Assembly (NCBI GenBank): GCA_951406725.2
Contig: OX597821.1
Span: 108,438,001-108,502,000, forward strand
Length of the DNA: 64,000 nt
Source: Octopus vulgaris
Taxonomy: Eukaryota
Reading direction: 5' to 3'
Both the position numbers and the translations under genes were made by a program. How positions within the stretch are numbered: position 1 is the first letter of the stretch; each line of letters begins with the position of its first letter. Under the pieces are notes generated by a model, which saw only the letters and a list, made by a program, of their open reading frames with translations, was not told the DNA's origin and did not search any database. Positions 38,501 through 51,516 of the stretch are shown in pieces.

Positions 38501-41500
38501 CTCAGATCTGCAAAATGATTACCGTGGCAAGGTTTCATATCTAAAGCAAGCGCTTCTTTGCCCGAGCAACAGAAAAGAACATTTACTCAGATCTGCAAAA
38601 TGATTACCGTGGCAAGGTTTCATATCTAAAGCAAGCGCTTCTTTGCCCGAGCGACAGAAAATAACATTTACTCAGATCTGCAAAATGATTACCGTGGCAA
38701 GGTTTCATATCTAAAGCAAGCGCTTCTTTGCCCGAGCGACAGAAAATAACATTTACTCAGATCTGCAAAATGATTACCGTGGCAAGGTTTCATATCTAAA
38801 GCAAGCGCTTCTTTGCCCGAGCAACAGAAAAGAACATTTACTCAGATCTGCAAAATGATTACCGTGGCAAGGTTTCATATCTGAAGCAAGCGCTTCTTTG
38901 CCCGAGCGACAGAAAATAACATTTACTCAGATCTGCAAAATGATTACCGTGGCAAGGTTTCATATCTGAAGCAAGCGCTTCTTTGCCCGAGCAACAGAAA
39001 AGAACATTTACTCAGATCTGCAAAATGATTACCGTGGCAAGGTTTCATATCTAAAGCAAGCGCTTCTTTGCCCGAGCAACAGAAAAGAACATTTACTCAG
39101 ATCTGCAAAATGATTACCGTGGCAAGGTTTCATATCTGAAGCAAGCGCTTCTTTGCCCGAGCGACAGAAAATAACATTTACTCAGATCTGCAAAATGATT
39201 ACCGTGGCAAGGTTTCATATCTAAAGCAAGCGCTTCTTTGCCCGAGCAACAGAAAAGAACATTTACTCAGATCTGCAAAATGATTACCGTGGCAAGGTTT
39301 CATATCTAAAGCAAGCGCTTCTTTGCCCGAGCAACAGAAAAGAACATTTACTCAGATCTGCAAAATGATTACCGTGGCAAGGTTTCATATCTAAAGCAAG
39401 CGCTTCTTTGCCCGAGCAACAGAAAAGAACATTTACTCAGATCTGCAAAATGATTACCGTGGCAAGGTTTCATATCTAAAGCAAGCGCTTCTTTGCCCGA
39501 GCAACAGAAAAGAACATTTACTCAGATCTGCAAAATGATTACCGTGGCAAGGTTTCATATCTAAAGCAAGCGCTTCTTTGCCCGAGCAACAGAAAAGAAC
39601 ATTTACTCAGATCTGCAAAATGATTACCGTGGCACGGTTTCGTATCTAAAGCAAGCGCTTCTTTGCCCGAGCAACAGAAAAGAACATTTACTCAGATCTG
39701 CAAAATGATTACCGTGGCAAGGTTTCATATCTAAAGCAAGCGCTTCTTTGCCCGAGCAACAGAAAGAACATTTACTCAGATCTGCAAAATGATTACCGTG
39801 GCAAGGTTTCATATCTAAAGCAAGCGCTTCTTTGCCCGAGCGACAGAAAATAACATTTACTCAGATCTGCAAAATGATTACCGTGGCACGGTTTCATATC
39901 TAAAGCAAGCGCTTCTTTGCCCGAGCAACAGAAAAGAACATTTACTCAGATCTGCAAAATGATTACCGTGGCACGGTTTCATATCTAAAGCAAGCGCTTC
40001 TTTGCCCGAGCAACAGAAAAGAACATTTACTCAGATCTGCAAAATGATTACCGTGGCAAGGTTTCATATCTAAAGCAAGCGCTTCTTTGCCCGAGCAACA
40101 GAAAGAACATTTACTCAGATCTGCAAAATGATTACCGTGGCAAGGTTTCATATCTAAAGCAAGCGCTTCTTTGCCCGAGCAACAGAAAGAACATTTACTC
40201 AGATCTGCAAAATGATTACCGTGGCAAGGTTTCATATCTAAAGCAAGCGCTTCTTTGCCCGAGCAACAGAAAGAACATTTACTCAGATCTGCAAAATGAT
40301 TACCGTGGCAAGGTTTCATATCTAAAGCAAGCGCTTCTTTGCCCGAGCAACAGAAAGAACATTTACTCAGATCTGCAAAATGATTACCGTGGCAAGGTTT
40401 CATATCTAAAGCAAGCGCTTCTTTGCCCGAGCAACAGAAAGAACATTTACTCAGATCTGCAAAATGATTACCGTGGCAAGGTTTCATATCTAAAGCAAGC
40501 GCTTCTTTGCCCGAGCAACAGAAAAGAACATTTACTCAGATCTGCAAAATGATTACCGTGGCACGGTTTCGTATCTAAAGCAAGCGCTTCTTTGCCCGAG
40601 CAACAGAAAAGAACATTTACTCAGATCTGCAAAATGATTACCGTGGCAAGGTTTCATATCTAAAGCAAGCGCTTCTTTGCCCGAGCAACAGAAAAGAACA
40701 TTTACTCAGATCTGCAAAATGATTACCGTGGCACGGTTTCATATCTAAAGCAAGCGCTTCTTTGCCCGAGCGACAGAAAAGAACATTTACTTAGATCTGC
40801 AAAATGATTACCGTGGCACGGTTTCATATCTAAAGCAAGCGCTTCTTTGCCCGAGCAACAGAAAAGAACATTTACTCAGATCTGCAAAATGATTACCGTG
40901 GCACGGTTTCATATCTAAAGCAAGCGCTTCTTTGCCCGAGCAACAGAAAAGAACATTTACTCAGATCTGCAAAATGATTACCGTGGCACGGTTTCATATC
41001 TAAAGCAAGCGCTTCTTTGCCCGAGCAACAGAAAAGAACATTTACTCAGATCTGCAAAATGATTACCGTGGCAAGGTTTCATATCTAAAGCAAGCGCTTC
41101 TTTGCCCGAGCAACAGAAAAGAACATTTACTCAGATCTGCAAAATGATTACCGTGGCACGGTTTCTTATCTAAAGCAAGCGCTTCTTTGCCCGAGCGACA
41201 GAAAAGAACATTTACTTAGATCTGCAAAATGATTACCGTGGCAAGGTTTCATATCTAAAGCAAGCGCTTCTTTGCCCGAGCAACAGAAAAGAACATTTAC
41301 TCAGATCTGCAAAATGATTACCGTGGCAAGGTTTCATATCTAAAACAAGCGCTTCTTTGCCCGAGCAACAGAAAAGAACATTTACTCAGATCTGCAAAAT
41401 GATTACCGTGGCAAGGTTTCATATCTAAAACAAGCGCTTCTTTGCCCGAGCAACAGAAAAGAACATTTACTCAGATCTGCAAAATGATTACCGTGGCAAG

Positions 41501-42076
41501 GTTTCATATCTAAAGCAAGCGCTTCTTTGCCCGAGCGACAGAAAATAACATTTACTCAGATCTGCAAAATGATTACCGTGGCAAGGTTTCATATCTGAAG
41601 CAAGCGCTTCTTTGCCCGAGCGACAGAAAATAACATTTACTCAGATCTACAAAATGATTACCGTGGCAAGGTTTCATATCTAAAGCAAGCGCTTCTTTGC
41701 CCGAGCGACAGAAAATAACATTTACTCAGATCTGCAAAATGATTACCGTGGCAAGGTTTCATATCTGAAGCAAGCGCTTCTTTGCCCGGGCGACAGAAAA
41801 TAACATTTACTCAGATCTACAAAATGATTACCGTGGCAAGGTTTCATATCTAAAGCAAGCGCTTCTTTGCCCGAGCGACAGAAAATAACATTTACTCAGA
41901 TCTGCAAAATGATTACCGTGGCAAGGTTTCATATCTGAAGCAAGCGCTTCTTTGCCCGAGCGACAGAAAATAACATTTACTCAGATCTACAAAATGATTA
42001 CCGTGGCAAGGTTTCATATCTAAAGCAAGCGCTTCTTTGCCCGAGCGACAGAAAATAACATTTACTTAGATCTGCA
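35545..42076. repeat. Tandem array of 77 units of 85 bp (8 units are 84 bp), highly homogeneous satellite/minisatellite
   Basis: Unit ATTACCGTGGCAAGGTTTCATATCTAAAGCAAGCGCTTCTTTGCCCGAGCAACAGAAAAGAACATTTACTCAGATCTGCAAAATG; 6532 bp = 77x85 minus 8 single-base deletions minus 5 terminal bases. Confidence 0.97.
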
Positions 42077-43619
42077 TTTCCAAATGTGAGACACTTTTCC
42101 ACGTGATCTCAAAATAGTAATGTGAGGTACATGCAGCCGATGTATAAGAAGGTGTCTGCTCTATTTTGAAAAGAATGACTATGTAATCATATGGTTAATT
42201 TTAAACAAGTTGGTGCAAAAAGGAAACCGTGGTGGTATGCCACTTACGTGTCCTTGTACTGGTGCCGTAGTAATTATATTGACAGATTGCATTCAGCATA
42301 ATCGTGTTGATTTGATGTTACTTTGATGGAACAGAACTAACAGTTAGTGAACGTCGTGGTAAGACGGAATTTCACGTATTTCTATGGATTGTTATTAGAG
42401 AAAGAACTCTTAATGGCATTGGACTATCAGAGTATTAGTAGACCAGAGCAATCTCCCGTCAGATGTGCTGAAAGGATGGCTAACTCAGTTAATAACAGTG
42501 TTGGAGTATTCTGCCAGTAATAATTAGTGATGTTGAGAAATAGAAAGCAACAGAACCAATAAAATCATCAGATTCTGTAAGTTCCAGTTGATGCTCCAAA
42601 CAACACCCCAGAGAAAAAGGCCCCCACTACTTCCACCATTGGTTGCAAAATCTATGGTATATGGATTATTCAGTCTGTTGTCAGTCGCAAAACTCAAGTA
42701 GTCGCAGAACGCCTGTCACTGGCACCATCCTATTGCTTTGAATCCAAAAGGAAAAAGGAACGAAAAATGAGCAAAGGTGACAAACAGCAGGAAATTACTA
42801 AAAAGGAAAATTGAAAAAGGGAGCCCCCCCCCCCAAAAAAAAAGTTCTCCTCCGAAAGACGGACCTACAAGGAAGGTGATTATAATGCCCAAGGTGATGG
42901 TGGAGCATCACTTGGAGGGAGCAAATGGAAACCAGGTGAATCGTTTGCATTTGACATTAACACACGAACAGTTAAGGACACAGTAAACACAGATTTTCGA
43001 GATAAGCTTTTTGGAATGTAAAGTGAACGGAAACTAAGCACCATAATGAATTTTATTAGATGATCTACCGATTTTCAAGTCCATCCTCAATTCATTTTAA
43101 TAAACGACAGCCAAAGGCGGTGATAAGCTGGCAGAGTAAGTAGTGCATCGAAAAAGTGAATTGCAGAATTTTTAGGATTTGGGTTCAAATTAGGCAAAGA
43201 TCAGTTTTGCCTTTCCTCTTTTCGGGGTCGATAAAATAAAGCCCGATTGAAGGGCTGGGATAGATGTGAAATCATCTAAAACTATTTTTCTTAAAATTGT
43301 TGCCTTTTTGCCTAAATCAGAAACCATTAAACTTAAAAACACTGGAGGAACGATTGACGAGCTTAAACTAGGGAGCCCTAGACAGTTACAGCCTCGAGTA
43401 CTAGGAATCATTTGACTCTCTTACTCGGTCTCTATAAGTAAATGATATCGCAACATTACTCCTGGGTGGGATACAGGTCCGTCGTGCAGGGTTACTCATT
43501 TAGTCCTGTGTGGACTGCAGCAACGTGAATTGATGAGTTCTACACTGTCTAATCAAGAATTGAAATCACGGTTTTGGAATGAATCGCGAGTGCAATACCT
43601 CTTACCCCTAAGCAAATTC

Positions 43620-44405
43620 TATAGGACAGGATTTGTCGATTACATACATCTCAGTACTCTGTTGGGACTTATTTAATCGACCCCGAAAGGATGAAAGGCA
43701 ATGTCGGCCTCGATAGAATTTGAACTCAATTTTAAAATTACAAACAATTGTATTAAAGTAAAAAAGCCAGAGAGTTCGGGGGGAAGAGGTTAAGTTGATG
43801 ACATCGACCTCATTGCAGAACTGGTACTTATTTTATCGGCCTCGAAGAATGAAATGCAACGTCGACCTCGACGTAATTTGAAATAGAAACGTAAAGACGA
43901 ATGAAAGAGGGGTATCAGTCGATTAGATCGACCCCAATACGCAACTGGTACTTAATTTATCGACCCCCGAAAGGATGAAAGGCAAAGCCAACCTCGTCGG
44001 AATTTGAACTCAGAACGTAAGGACGGATGAAATACCTATTTCTTTACTACACACAGAGGGGACAAACAAAGACAGACAAACGGATTAAGTTGATTACATC
44101 AACCCCAGTGCGTAACTGGTACTTAATTTATCGACCCCCGAAAGGATGAAAGGCGAAGCCAACCTCGGCGGAATTTGAACTCAGAACGTAAGGACGGATG
44201 AAATACCTATTTCTTTACTACACACAGAGGGGACAAACAAAGACAGACAAACGGATTAAGTTGATTACATCAACCCCAGTGCGTAACTGGTACTTAATTT
44301 ATCGACCCCGAAAGGATGAAAGGCAAAGTCAACCTCGGCGGAATTTGAACTCAGAACGTAAAGGCTGATAAAATGCCGCTAAGCATTTTGCCCGGCGTCC
44401 TTACA
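43620..44405 (-). mobile_element. Cluster of nested and tandemly duplicated SINE family B copies
   Basis: ATCGACCCCGAAAGGATGAAAGGC repeated about 5 times; near-exact 171-bp period between 44031 and 44202. Confidence 0.85.
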
Positions 44406-44962
44406 ATCCTTTCCAACTCGCCATCTTGAATTCTATGAAAATATTGATTCTATACATTCTACTATAATATGCAAAAACTATCTTCTTTTCAAGACTTTTC
44501 TTTCAGACATTAAAATCCGACAAATAAAATATTTACAATATATATTTAATCAACGACGTACCTATAGGCTAAACTGAAAGCTCTTTGTTTTGCATTCGTA
44601 TTTCCAGGTTTATGTCTTTTTGTTTTTGATCTGGCAACTTTTAATTAAATCTTCCCGACAGAAGAGAAAAAAAATGACAGAAAAAGAGGAAAAAAAGCAG
44701 GAAATATGTTTCTTTGTTCTTCTCCTGATATCTGTGGTTCTGGGCATTGATTAATATGAATATAAGGGAGGAAAAAAAAACGGGAAGTAATGATAATATG
44801 GTTTATTGAAAACGTGATATCTTTGCGTTAATCTTAGAACATACCTTTACACAGACGTACGCATATACATACACACATACATTTATAAGCCTATATATAT
44901 GTGTGTGTGTGTATTTATGTATATATATATATATATATACACATACACATATATATATACAG

Positions 44963-45013
<51 letters not shown>

Positions 45014-45052
45014 AACACACACACACGCACGCACACATATATGCGTAGACGC

Positions 45053-45083
<31 letters not shown>

Positions 45084-45094
45084 TGTATGTATGT

Positions 45095-45162
<68 letters not shown>

Positions 45163-45479
45163 TTAGATAGATAGATAGATAGGTGTTCAATACGATATTA
45201 TTCCAGTTGTAAGTTTACATTTCAAGTTGACCTGAGATGAGGTGCAAATATTTAATAATGATTTGGAAGAGGTACGGTTTTCTATTCCTTTATGCCAAAA
45301 TTACATCCAGGCACAGGCGTGGCTGTGTGGTAAGAAGCTTGCTTTCCAACTACATGGTTCCGGGTTCAGTTCCACTGTGTGGCGGCTTTGTCATGTGTCT
45401 TCTACTAAAGTTTCTGGCCGACCAAAGTCTTGTGAGTGAATTTGGAAGACGGAAACTGAAAAGAAGTCTGCTTTCCACC

Positions 45480-45840
45480 CCACCTGAAGTGCATGTCTAT
45501 AAAGCTGGCATTTTTACAACAGTCTTGTATGGCTCGGAATCGTGGACACCCTATAGGAGGCACATAAACCAGCTAAACATTTTCCACAAAAGGTGTCTCA
45601 GGACAATCTGAGGCCATTCACTAACGGACAGATTGTCTAATGTTGACCTGTTTAGCAAGTGCAAGATTGGTGAAAATGAGAGCTTCGTTACGCATTCGCC
45701 ATCGCACTCTGCTAGTCAAATCTTCAGAATTAATGACGAAAGAATTCATTAAGTCTTCACGTGCAGCCAGCTTGATAGTGGACACAGGAATGTTGATCGA
45801 CCATCGCTCAGATATAAGGACCAGCGTACGTATATACGCA
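45480..45840 (+). pseudogene. RTE-clade LINE ORF C-terminal fragment (degenerate), preceded by a SINE A head at 45310-45470
   Basis: VYKAGIFTTVLYGSESWTPYRRHINQLNIFHKRCLRTI is the characteristic RTE post-RT segment (LYGxExW...FHxRCLRxI). Confidence 0.8.
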
Positions 45841-46179
45841 AACAGTCTTCAGATTCTTCGGGGTAATAATCATTATGTCTCTCACCAATTCCGTTAAGGA
45901 TACCCAATATTTTAAGTAGGGTTATCTTCAGCTGTTACGGAGGTAGGGTACAATAGAAAAGACCGCACTGGTATGGAATATGAGGACTGATTGGCGGGGG
46001 AAAATGTCACGTGATTTAACTAGAAGAAGCATATTTCCGGAGGAGATATGAGACAAATGGTTAAGTCTAACGCAAGATGTTAAGACTAAGAAAAGAGATG
46101 GTGCCGGCAAGAATGTGGGTGTAGGGAAGAAGAATACAATCCGAGCAAATGTGGCAACAAGGACGAATTTTAAAAATTG

Positions 46180-46359
46180 TGATGATGATAACGGGGAGGT
46201 CGATGACGACTGAAACGGCGACGACCACGACGACAACGATGGAAACGGTGATGGTGATGACGACTACGATGATGATGATGGTGACGACGGCGACAACGGT
46301 AAGGACAATGATAATGATGATGACAATAATGACAATAATGATGATGATGATGATGATGT

Positions 46360-46404
<45 letters not shown>

Positions 46405-46516
46405 CAATGATGCTGATGATGATGGTGATGTTTGCTGCTGAAGATGATGATGATGATGATGATGATGATAATGACAATGATGCTGCTGAAGGTGATGGTG
46501 AGGGTGATGGTGATGG

Positions 46517-46567
<51 letters not shown>

Positions 46568-46825
46568 CAATGATGCTGCTGCTGCTGATGATGATGAAGT
46601 TGATGATGACAACGACGGTAAGGGCAATGATAATGATGTCGACGAAGATAACGACGACGATGACGATGATAACGACGATGACGACGACGATGAAAATGAT
46701 GTTGACGATGACAATAATAACAATGATGATTATGATGACGATGATGTTGTTGACGATGACGATGAGGATGATGATGATGATGAAGACGATGGTAACGATG
46801 ACGATGATGATCGCAATGATGACGT
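46180..46825. repeat. Degenerate (GAT/GAC)n trinucleotide domain
   Basis: Direct reading. Confidence 0.92.
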
Positions 46826-46921
46826 ACAAAGAAATTCATATGTCTAAAAATATAAAAAATTACATTTCGCATGATGACAATTTTAAGGAACTTCATTGAA
46901 ACGTTTGACAAAACTAAAGCC

Positions 46922-46985
<64 letters not shown>

Positions 46986-47262
46986 ATGTATATATGCACA
47001 TACATACACAACTATGCATATCTTACACAACTCTGCATATCTATGTACATACCTGCATAGACACACACACAAACAGGTAAACACACACACGCATACACAC
47101 AAACACGCAAGCATATGTACGTACATGTGTTTGATTGGCCTTTACACAAGAAGAATGTTGAAATAATACTTTTACAAGGATGACAACCTGTCTTGAGCAA
47201 AGACATTTTGAATGAAAACTTGCATGTCTTAATAAGTTCACATGTCCCCAGTATAGATTGAT

Positions 47263-47333
<71 letters not shown>

Positions 47334-47833
47334 ATATGCATATATATTTATGTATGTACATACATTTTTGTTGAAGATTTTCACATTCTCAACTCAAAAA
47401 CAACTTTGCACTCTTAATTCATGTTTGTGGGCTTACCAGGAATAAATAAAATAAGTAAATAAATAAAGAAATGAATAAATAAGAAGCAAAGAAAAAAAAA
47501 ATTGTGTATTGAACACCGAGGGAGTGTTTCTTGTTCAAATATTATCAACTAATTAATTTTGTCGTCGACACAAGCAAAAATAATTGACAGCCGAAATACA
47601 TATCGTCTGCTCAGACAAACTCACTGGAGAAATCTTCTGTCCTTCAGTTTGGCTCCTGTAATTCAACTATCGATATTTTTTCGTTGTTTTTATTTTTCTT
47701 TCTTCCGTTTTATTACATTTTCAAAATTGGTGTTTATTATATTCTTATGTTTATACAAATTTTTTTTTTGCTTCTCTTCTTATTTGTTTTGCATAAGCGT
47801 GTGAGTGATTTCATATATATATATATATATATA

Positions 47834-48341
47834 CTAGCAGTATCGCCCGGCGTTGCTCGGGTTTGTAAGGGAAATAACTATATAAGCATTTTTAGAGAGT
47901 TACTTCCCTTATAAATTCGGGCTTTCTTAGCCATTTTTGTTTTGGTGTCTTCAAGCCATGAAGTCGTTGTTCTAAAAGAACGCTGGTCTCCTTCACAACG
48001 CATTACGACGTTGATTTCTTTACACTCCCTTCCCCACAGCTTCACGAGGGAGGGAAGAAGGGGGGAAGCAAACATGTGCAGCTGTGAGCGTGGACGCCAA
48101 CTCCGCCGCCATCGACACACGATGCATTTTATGCATTAAAATGGAATAAAAAATGATGTTAAATTATTTTTTAAATCGTAGACTCATCGTTGACGCGCGC
48201 TAATAGTCAGACGGGCTCGATATGCATCACGACTATAAGATACCCGAATTTGGTTAAACTGCACCGCAAAATGTGGGAGGAGTTAGGAATCTAAATCGAA
48301 GGGGACAGACACTCACACAACTAGAGTTTTATATATATAGA
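47834..48341 (-). mobile_element. Non-autonomous Helitron-like element
   Basis: Minus strand begins A|TCTATATATATAAAAC and ends with hairpin CCCGAGCAACGCCGGG, 8 nt, CTAG|T: 5' TC, 3' hairpin plus CTRR, A^T target, no TSD. Confidence 0.8.
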
Positions 48342-48519
48342 TATATATATATATATGTGCCACGTATTTATATTTATATATGCACGTATATATACATGTA
48401 GATGTAGGTACGTACATATATGTATGTATGCATATATTTTATTTTTTACACTATTGTATGACTGAGCGCCCTCGCGTCGATTCGATTCGTTTCGTTTCGT
48501 TTCTCCTTCTCTAAGTACA

Positions 48520-48604
<85 letters not shown>

Positions 48605-48674
48605 ATACATATAGAAGCGCACACACATATATATGTATGTACATATGTATATATATATGTGTGTGCGTGTGTGT

Positions 48675-48720
<46 letters not shown>

Positions 48721-48737
48721 GTACATATATGTATGTG

Positions 48738-48960
48738 TATACCGCCATATCGCGGTCCATCTATCGCGGTTCACCTATCCCGTTTTTTAAAATTAAGCTT
48801 ACGTCGATTCCTCCGTGATGTTGTTTTACCTTCATAATAAAATGAATGTATACATATCATGAAAATAATTTTAAAAACATACAGCACAGTAATGTTTCAA
48901 CTTCGCGGATTTTCACCTACCGCGGTGGCTTTGGAACGTAATACCCGTGGGAAAGCAAAT
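48738..48960. mobile_element. Degenerate MITE-like fragment
   Basis: Repeated (T)ATCGCGG / TTCACCTA motifs near both ends in a CpG-rich island within TA repeats. Confidence 0.4.
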
Positions 48961-49213
48961 ACATCTATAAGTATATAAGCGCCGTTGTGTGGTTAAGAAA
49001 TTTAGTTTGGAACCACGGAGTTTCGGGTTCAGTCCCACTGCGTTTCACTGGGGTCAAATGATTCTGCGATACCCTCATCCCTACCATTGCTATTATAAGT
49101 GAATTCAGTAGGCGGAAACCGCGTAACTCCGTCGTGAATACATACATACATACATACATACATACATACATACATACATACATGGATATACGTATATTTG
49201 TATGTTTTTACAC

Positions 49214-49633
49214 AGTGGCTGTTTGGTAAGTAGCTTGCTAACCAACCACATGGTTCCGGGTTCAGTCCCACTGCGTGGCATCTTGGGCAAGTGTCTTCTG
49301 CTATAGCCCCAGGCCGACCAATGCCTTGTGAATGGATTTGGTAGACGGAAACTGAAAGAAGCCTGTCGTATATATGTATATATATATATAAGTGTGTGTG
49401 AATATGTTTGTGTGTCTGTGTTTGTTCCCCTAGCATTGCTTGACAACCGATGCTGGTGTGTTTACGTCCCCGTCACTTAGCGGTTCGGCAAAAGAGACCG
49501 ATAGAATAAGTACTGGGCTTACAAAGAATAAGTTCCGGGGTCGATTTGCTCGACTAAAGGCGGTGCTCCAGCATGGCCGCAGTCAAATGACTGAAACAAG
49601 TAAAAAGAGTAAAAAGAAAAAAGAGTAAAAGAG
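49214..49633 (+). mobile_element. SINE family A copy (well conserved)
   Basis: Matches 21595-21980 along its length; ends in GAGTAAAA repeats. Confidence 0.88.
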
Positions 49634-50184
49634 TATATGTTTCATCATGTTTTTACCCGCCCATTTCACCAATTTTCACAAAAAATTACAATGACGCCGT
49701 CTTTAATCAGTCGATAAATCCTTAAGAAAAAGATACAAAACCTGACACCAACGTTTGGAATATACTGCCAGGCACGTCATCGGCCTTCTTATAATTTCAC
49801 ACATTGATTCCACTTATAAACAAAATTTTCTTTTGATAAATGTTATTTACAACAATAATTATTCATCTTTAGATTGCGTGGTTCCATATACAACAATCTT
49901 TATATGCATTATATATTAATCGATTTGATGTGCAATAGTTATCAGATCTTTGATTTCTGATAATACATGTCTCACGTTACTTTCCAATTCTAAACCTCAA
50001 TTTCTAAATGAAGAGAATTCTGCATTTTTAAGTGTGATACATGTATTATCGATAAAAAATTGATGAACTTTTATGTTTCGGAGACGTTAACACACCAGCC
50101 CCGGTTGTTAAGTAGTGTTAGGGACAAACACAGACAGAAATACATACATATACACACGCTCACACACGCACACTAACACACACA

Positions 50185-50242
<58 letters not shown>

Positions 50243-50635
50243 AGTAATGAATCTTTATATATCTGGAAACTCACTTTAGAGGCATTTCTTGTTCTCTTCC
50301 ATCTGTTTAATTCATACGGGAAAAATATCAATAATATATTCATGGTATTCTTGTGTGGCCAAGAGGTATATTTAGATCTTTATTTGAATGTTCATTCTTT
50401 CATACCACTTTAACTTTTCTTGTATGAGAAAGTTGTCCGTTGCTTCATTGAATCCAACATTTTCACAGCTACTGAATAAATTTGAATATTAAAAGTTGAC
50501 ACTTCAGCATCGGTTTCCATTTTCGTTCGTTCTTTGAATTCTAAACTTTGTCTCAAAGAATATTTACGTGGTCACATGACTCTTTAGAAATAGCAGTGAA
50601 ATTTCTCCCTAAATTAAGCCATATCTTTAACTTTT

Positions 50636-51005
50636 ATCTTTTAAGTGTTTCAGTCATTATCATATGGCCATGCTGGGGCACTGCCTTGAAGAATTCCAGT
50701 CAAGCTAATCGACCCCAGTACTAGTTTTTTCTTAAGCGTGATACATGTCTTATCGGTAACTTTTGATGAACTTTTAAGTTTCGGAGACGTAAACACACCA
50801 GCCCCGGTTGTTAATCAGTGTTCGGGACAAACACAGACAGAAAGGCATACATATACACACGCACACACATGCACACAAACACACATACACATATATAAAT
50901 GTTCCCGTCTACCAAATCCACCGGCACTTGCCCAAGGTACCACGCATTAGGACTGAACACAGAACCATATTGTTTGGGAACAAACTTCTTACCACACAGC
51001 CACAT
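50636..51005 (-). mobile_element. SINE family A copy (diverged)
   Basis: Reverse-complement match to head and tail; part duplicated at about 50060-50180. Confidence 0.75.
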
Positions 51006-51140
51006 ATTGTAATTTTTTCTAAAGTTACATTGGATAATGTAGCCCTAGATACATAATAGCTGAAAAAGGGAATGGCTCCAGCTGGAAGGTTTTTGTATTT
51101 AAAAAAGAAAGAGCACTCTCACACAAATACATACATATAT

Positions 51141-51207
<67 letters not shown>

Positions 51208-51288
51208 CAGTCAATCGCCATGATAGATCGTTAGCCACTACACACATTTTTTCTCTCCTTCTCTCTCGCCTTGTTTTTTTCTGTGTCC

Positions 51289-51324
51289 CTTTCTGTAGAA
51301 GAGCGTAGGCTCGAAACATAAAAG
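51289..51324 (+). ncRNA. Hammerhead-like motif, A6U family, in dispersed repeat about 51205-51415
   Basis: CTTT-CTGTAGA-A-GAGC-gtag-GCTC-GAAA-CA-TA-AAAG. Confidence 0.55.
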
Positions 51325-51410
51325 ACATTTTCTATTCCTGAGCGTTATACTAATACATCTGTTTGTTTTGTACACCATCTGTCTTCGTCTTTTGTTTTTT
51401 CGTAAACTCT

Positions 51411-51446
<36 letters not shown>

Positions 51447-51451
51447 ACAGA

Positions 51452-51516
51452 CCATGCTGACGAGATTACAGTTTATTCTTGCGGATATTGATTATCGAAA
51501 CTGATTCAGTACATGG
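51452..51516 (+). ncRNA. Type I hammerhead ribozyme, fully canonical; predicted cleavage after 51511
   Basis: CCATG-CTGACGA-GAT...ATC-GAAA-CTG-att-CAG-TA-CATGG; helix I 5 bp, helix II GAT/ATC with extension, helix III ACTG/CAGT, GUA triplet. Confidence 0.88.

Noticed and set aside
39963-40487. 28-aa Cys/His-rich repeat ORF (MKPCHGNHFADLSKCSFCCSGKEALALD) with C2H2 zinc-finger periodicity and a KPCH resemblance to KPYHC
   Set aside because: No Cx2C-x12-Hx3H spacing; the frame stays open only across the minority 84-bp units while 69 of 77 units are 85 bp and frameshift into stops
35545-42076. CRISPR-like array
   Set aside because: Units are contiguous and near-identical with no unique spacers; no cas genes; eukaryotic context
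35545-42076. Tandem C/D snoRNA, pre-miRNA or micro-exon cluster (ATGATTA...CTGA; TTTTGCAG...GTAAAT)
   Set aside because: Box C is imperfect and CTGA is present only in a subset of units; no long pre-miRNA hairpin per unit; the putative micro-exon ATCTGA is 6 nt with weak donor
42100-43100. Microsatellite-free unique block next to the array, possible exon or decayed transposase
   Set aside because: Stops in all frames and no motif I can recognise
46067-47019. Poly-Asp/Met/His/Ser ORFs (also 16021-16970, 33924-34506)
   Set aside because: Trinucleotide repeats open in several frames on both strands; no domain or splice context
47846-47861. CCCGAGCAAC shared between the Helitron hairpin and the 85-bp unit
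   Set aside because: Only 10 bp and the satellite lacks the complementary arm and CTAG end; compatible with chance
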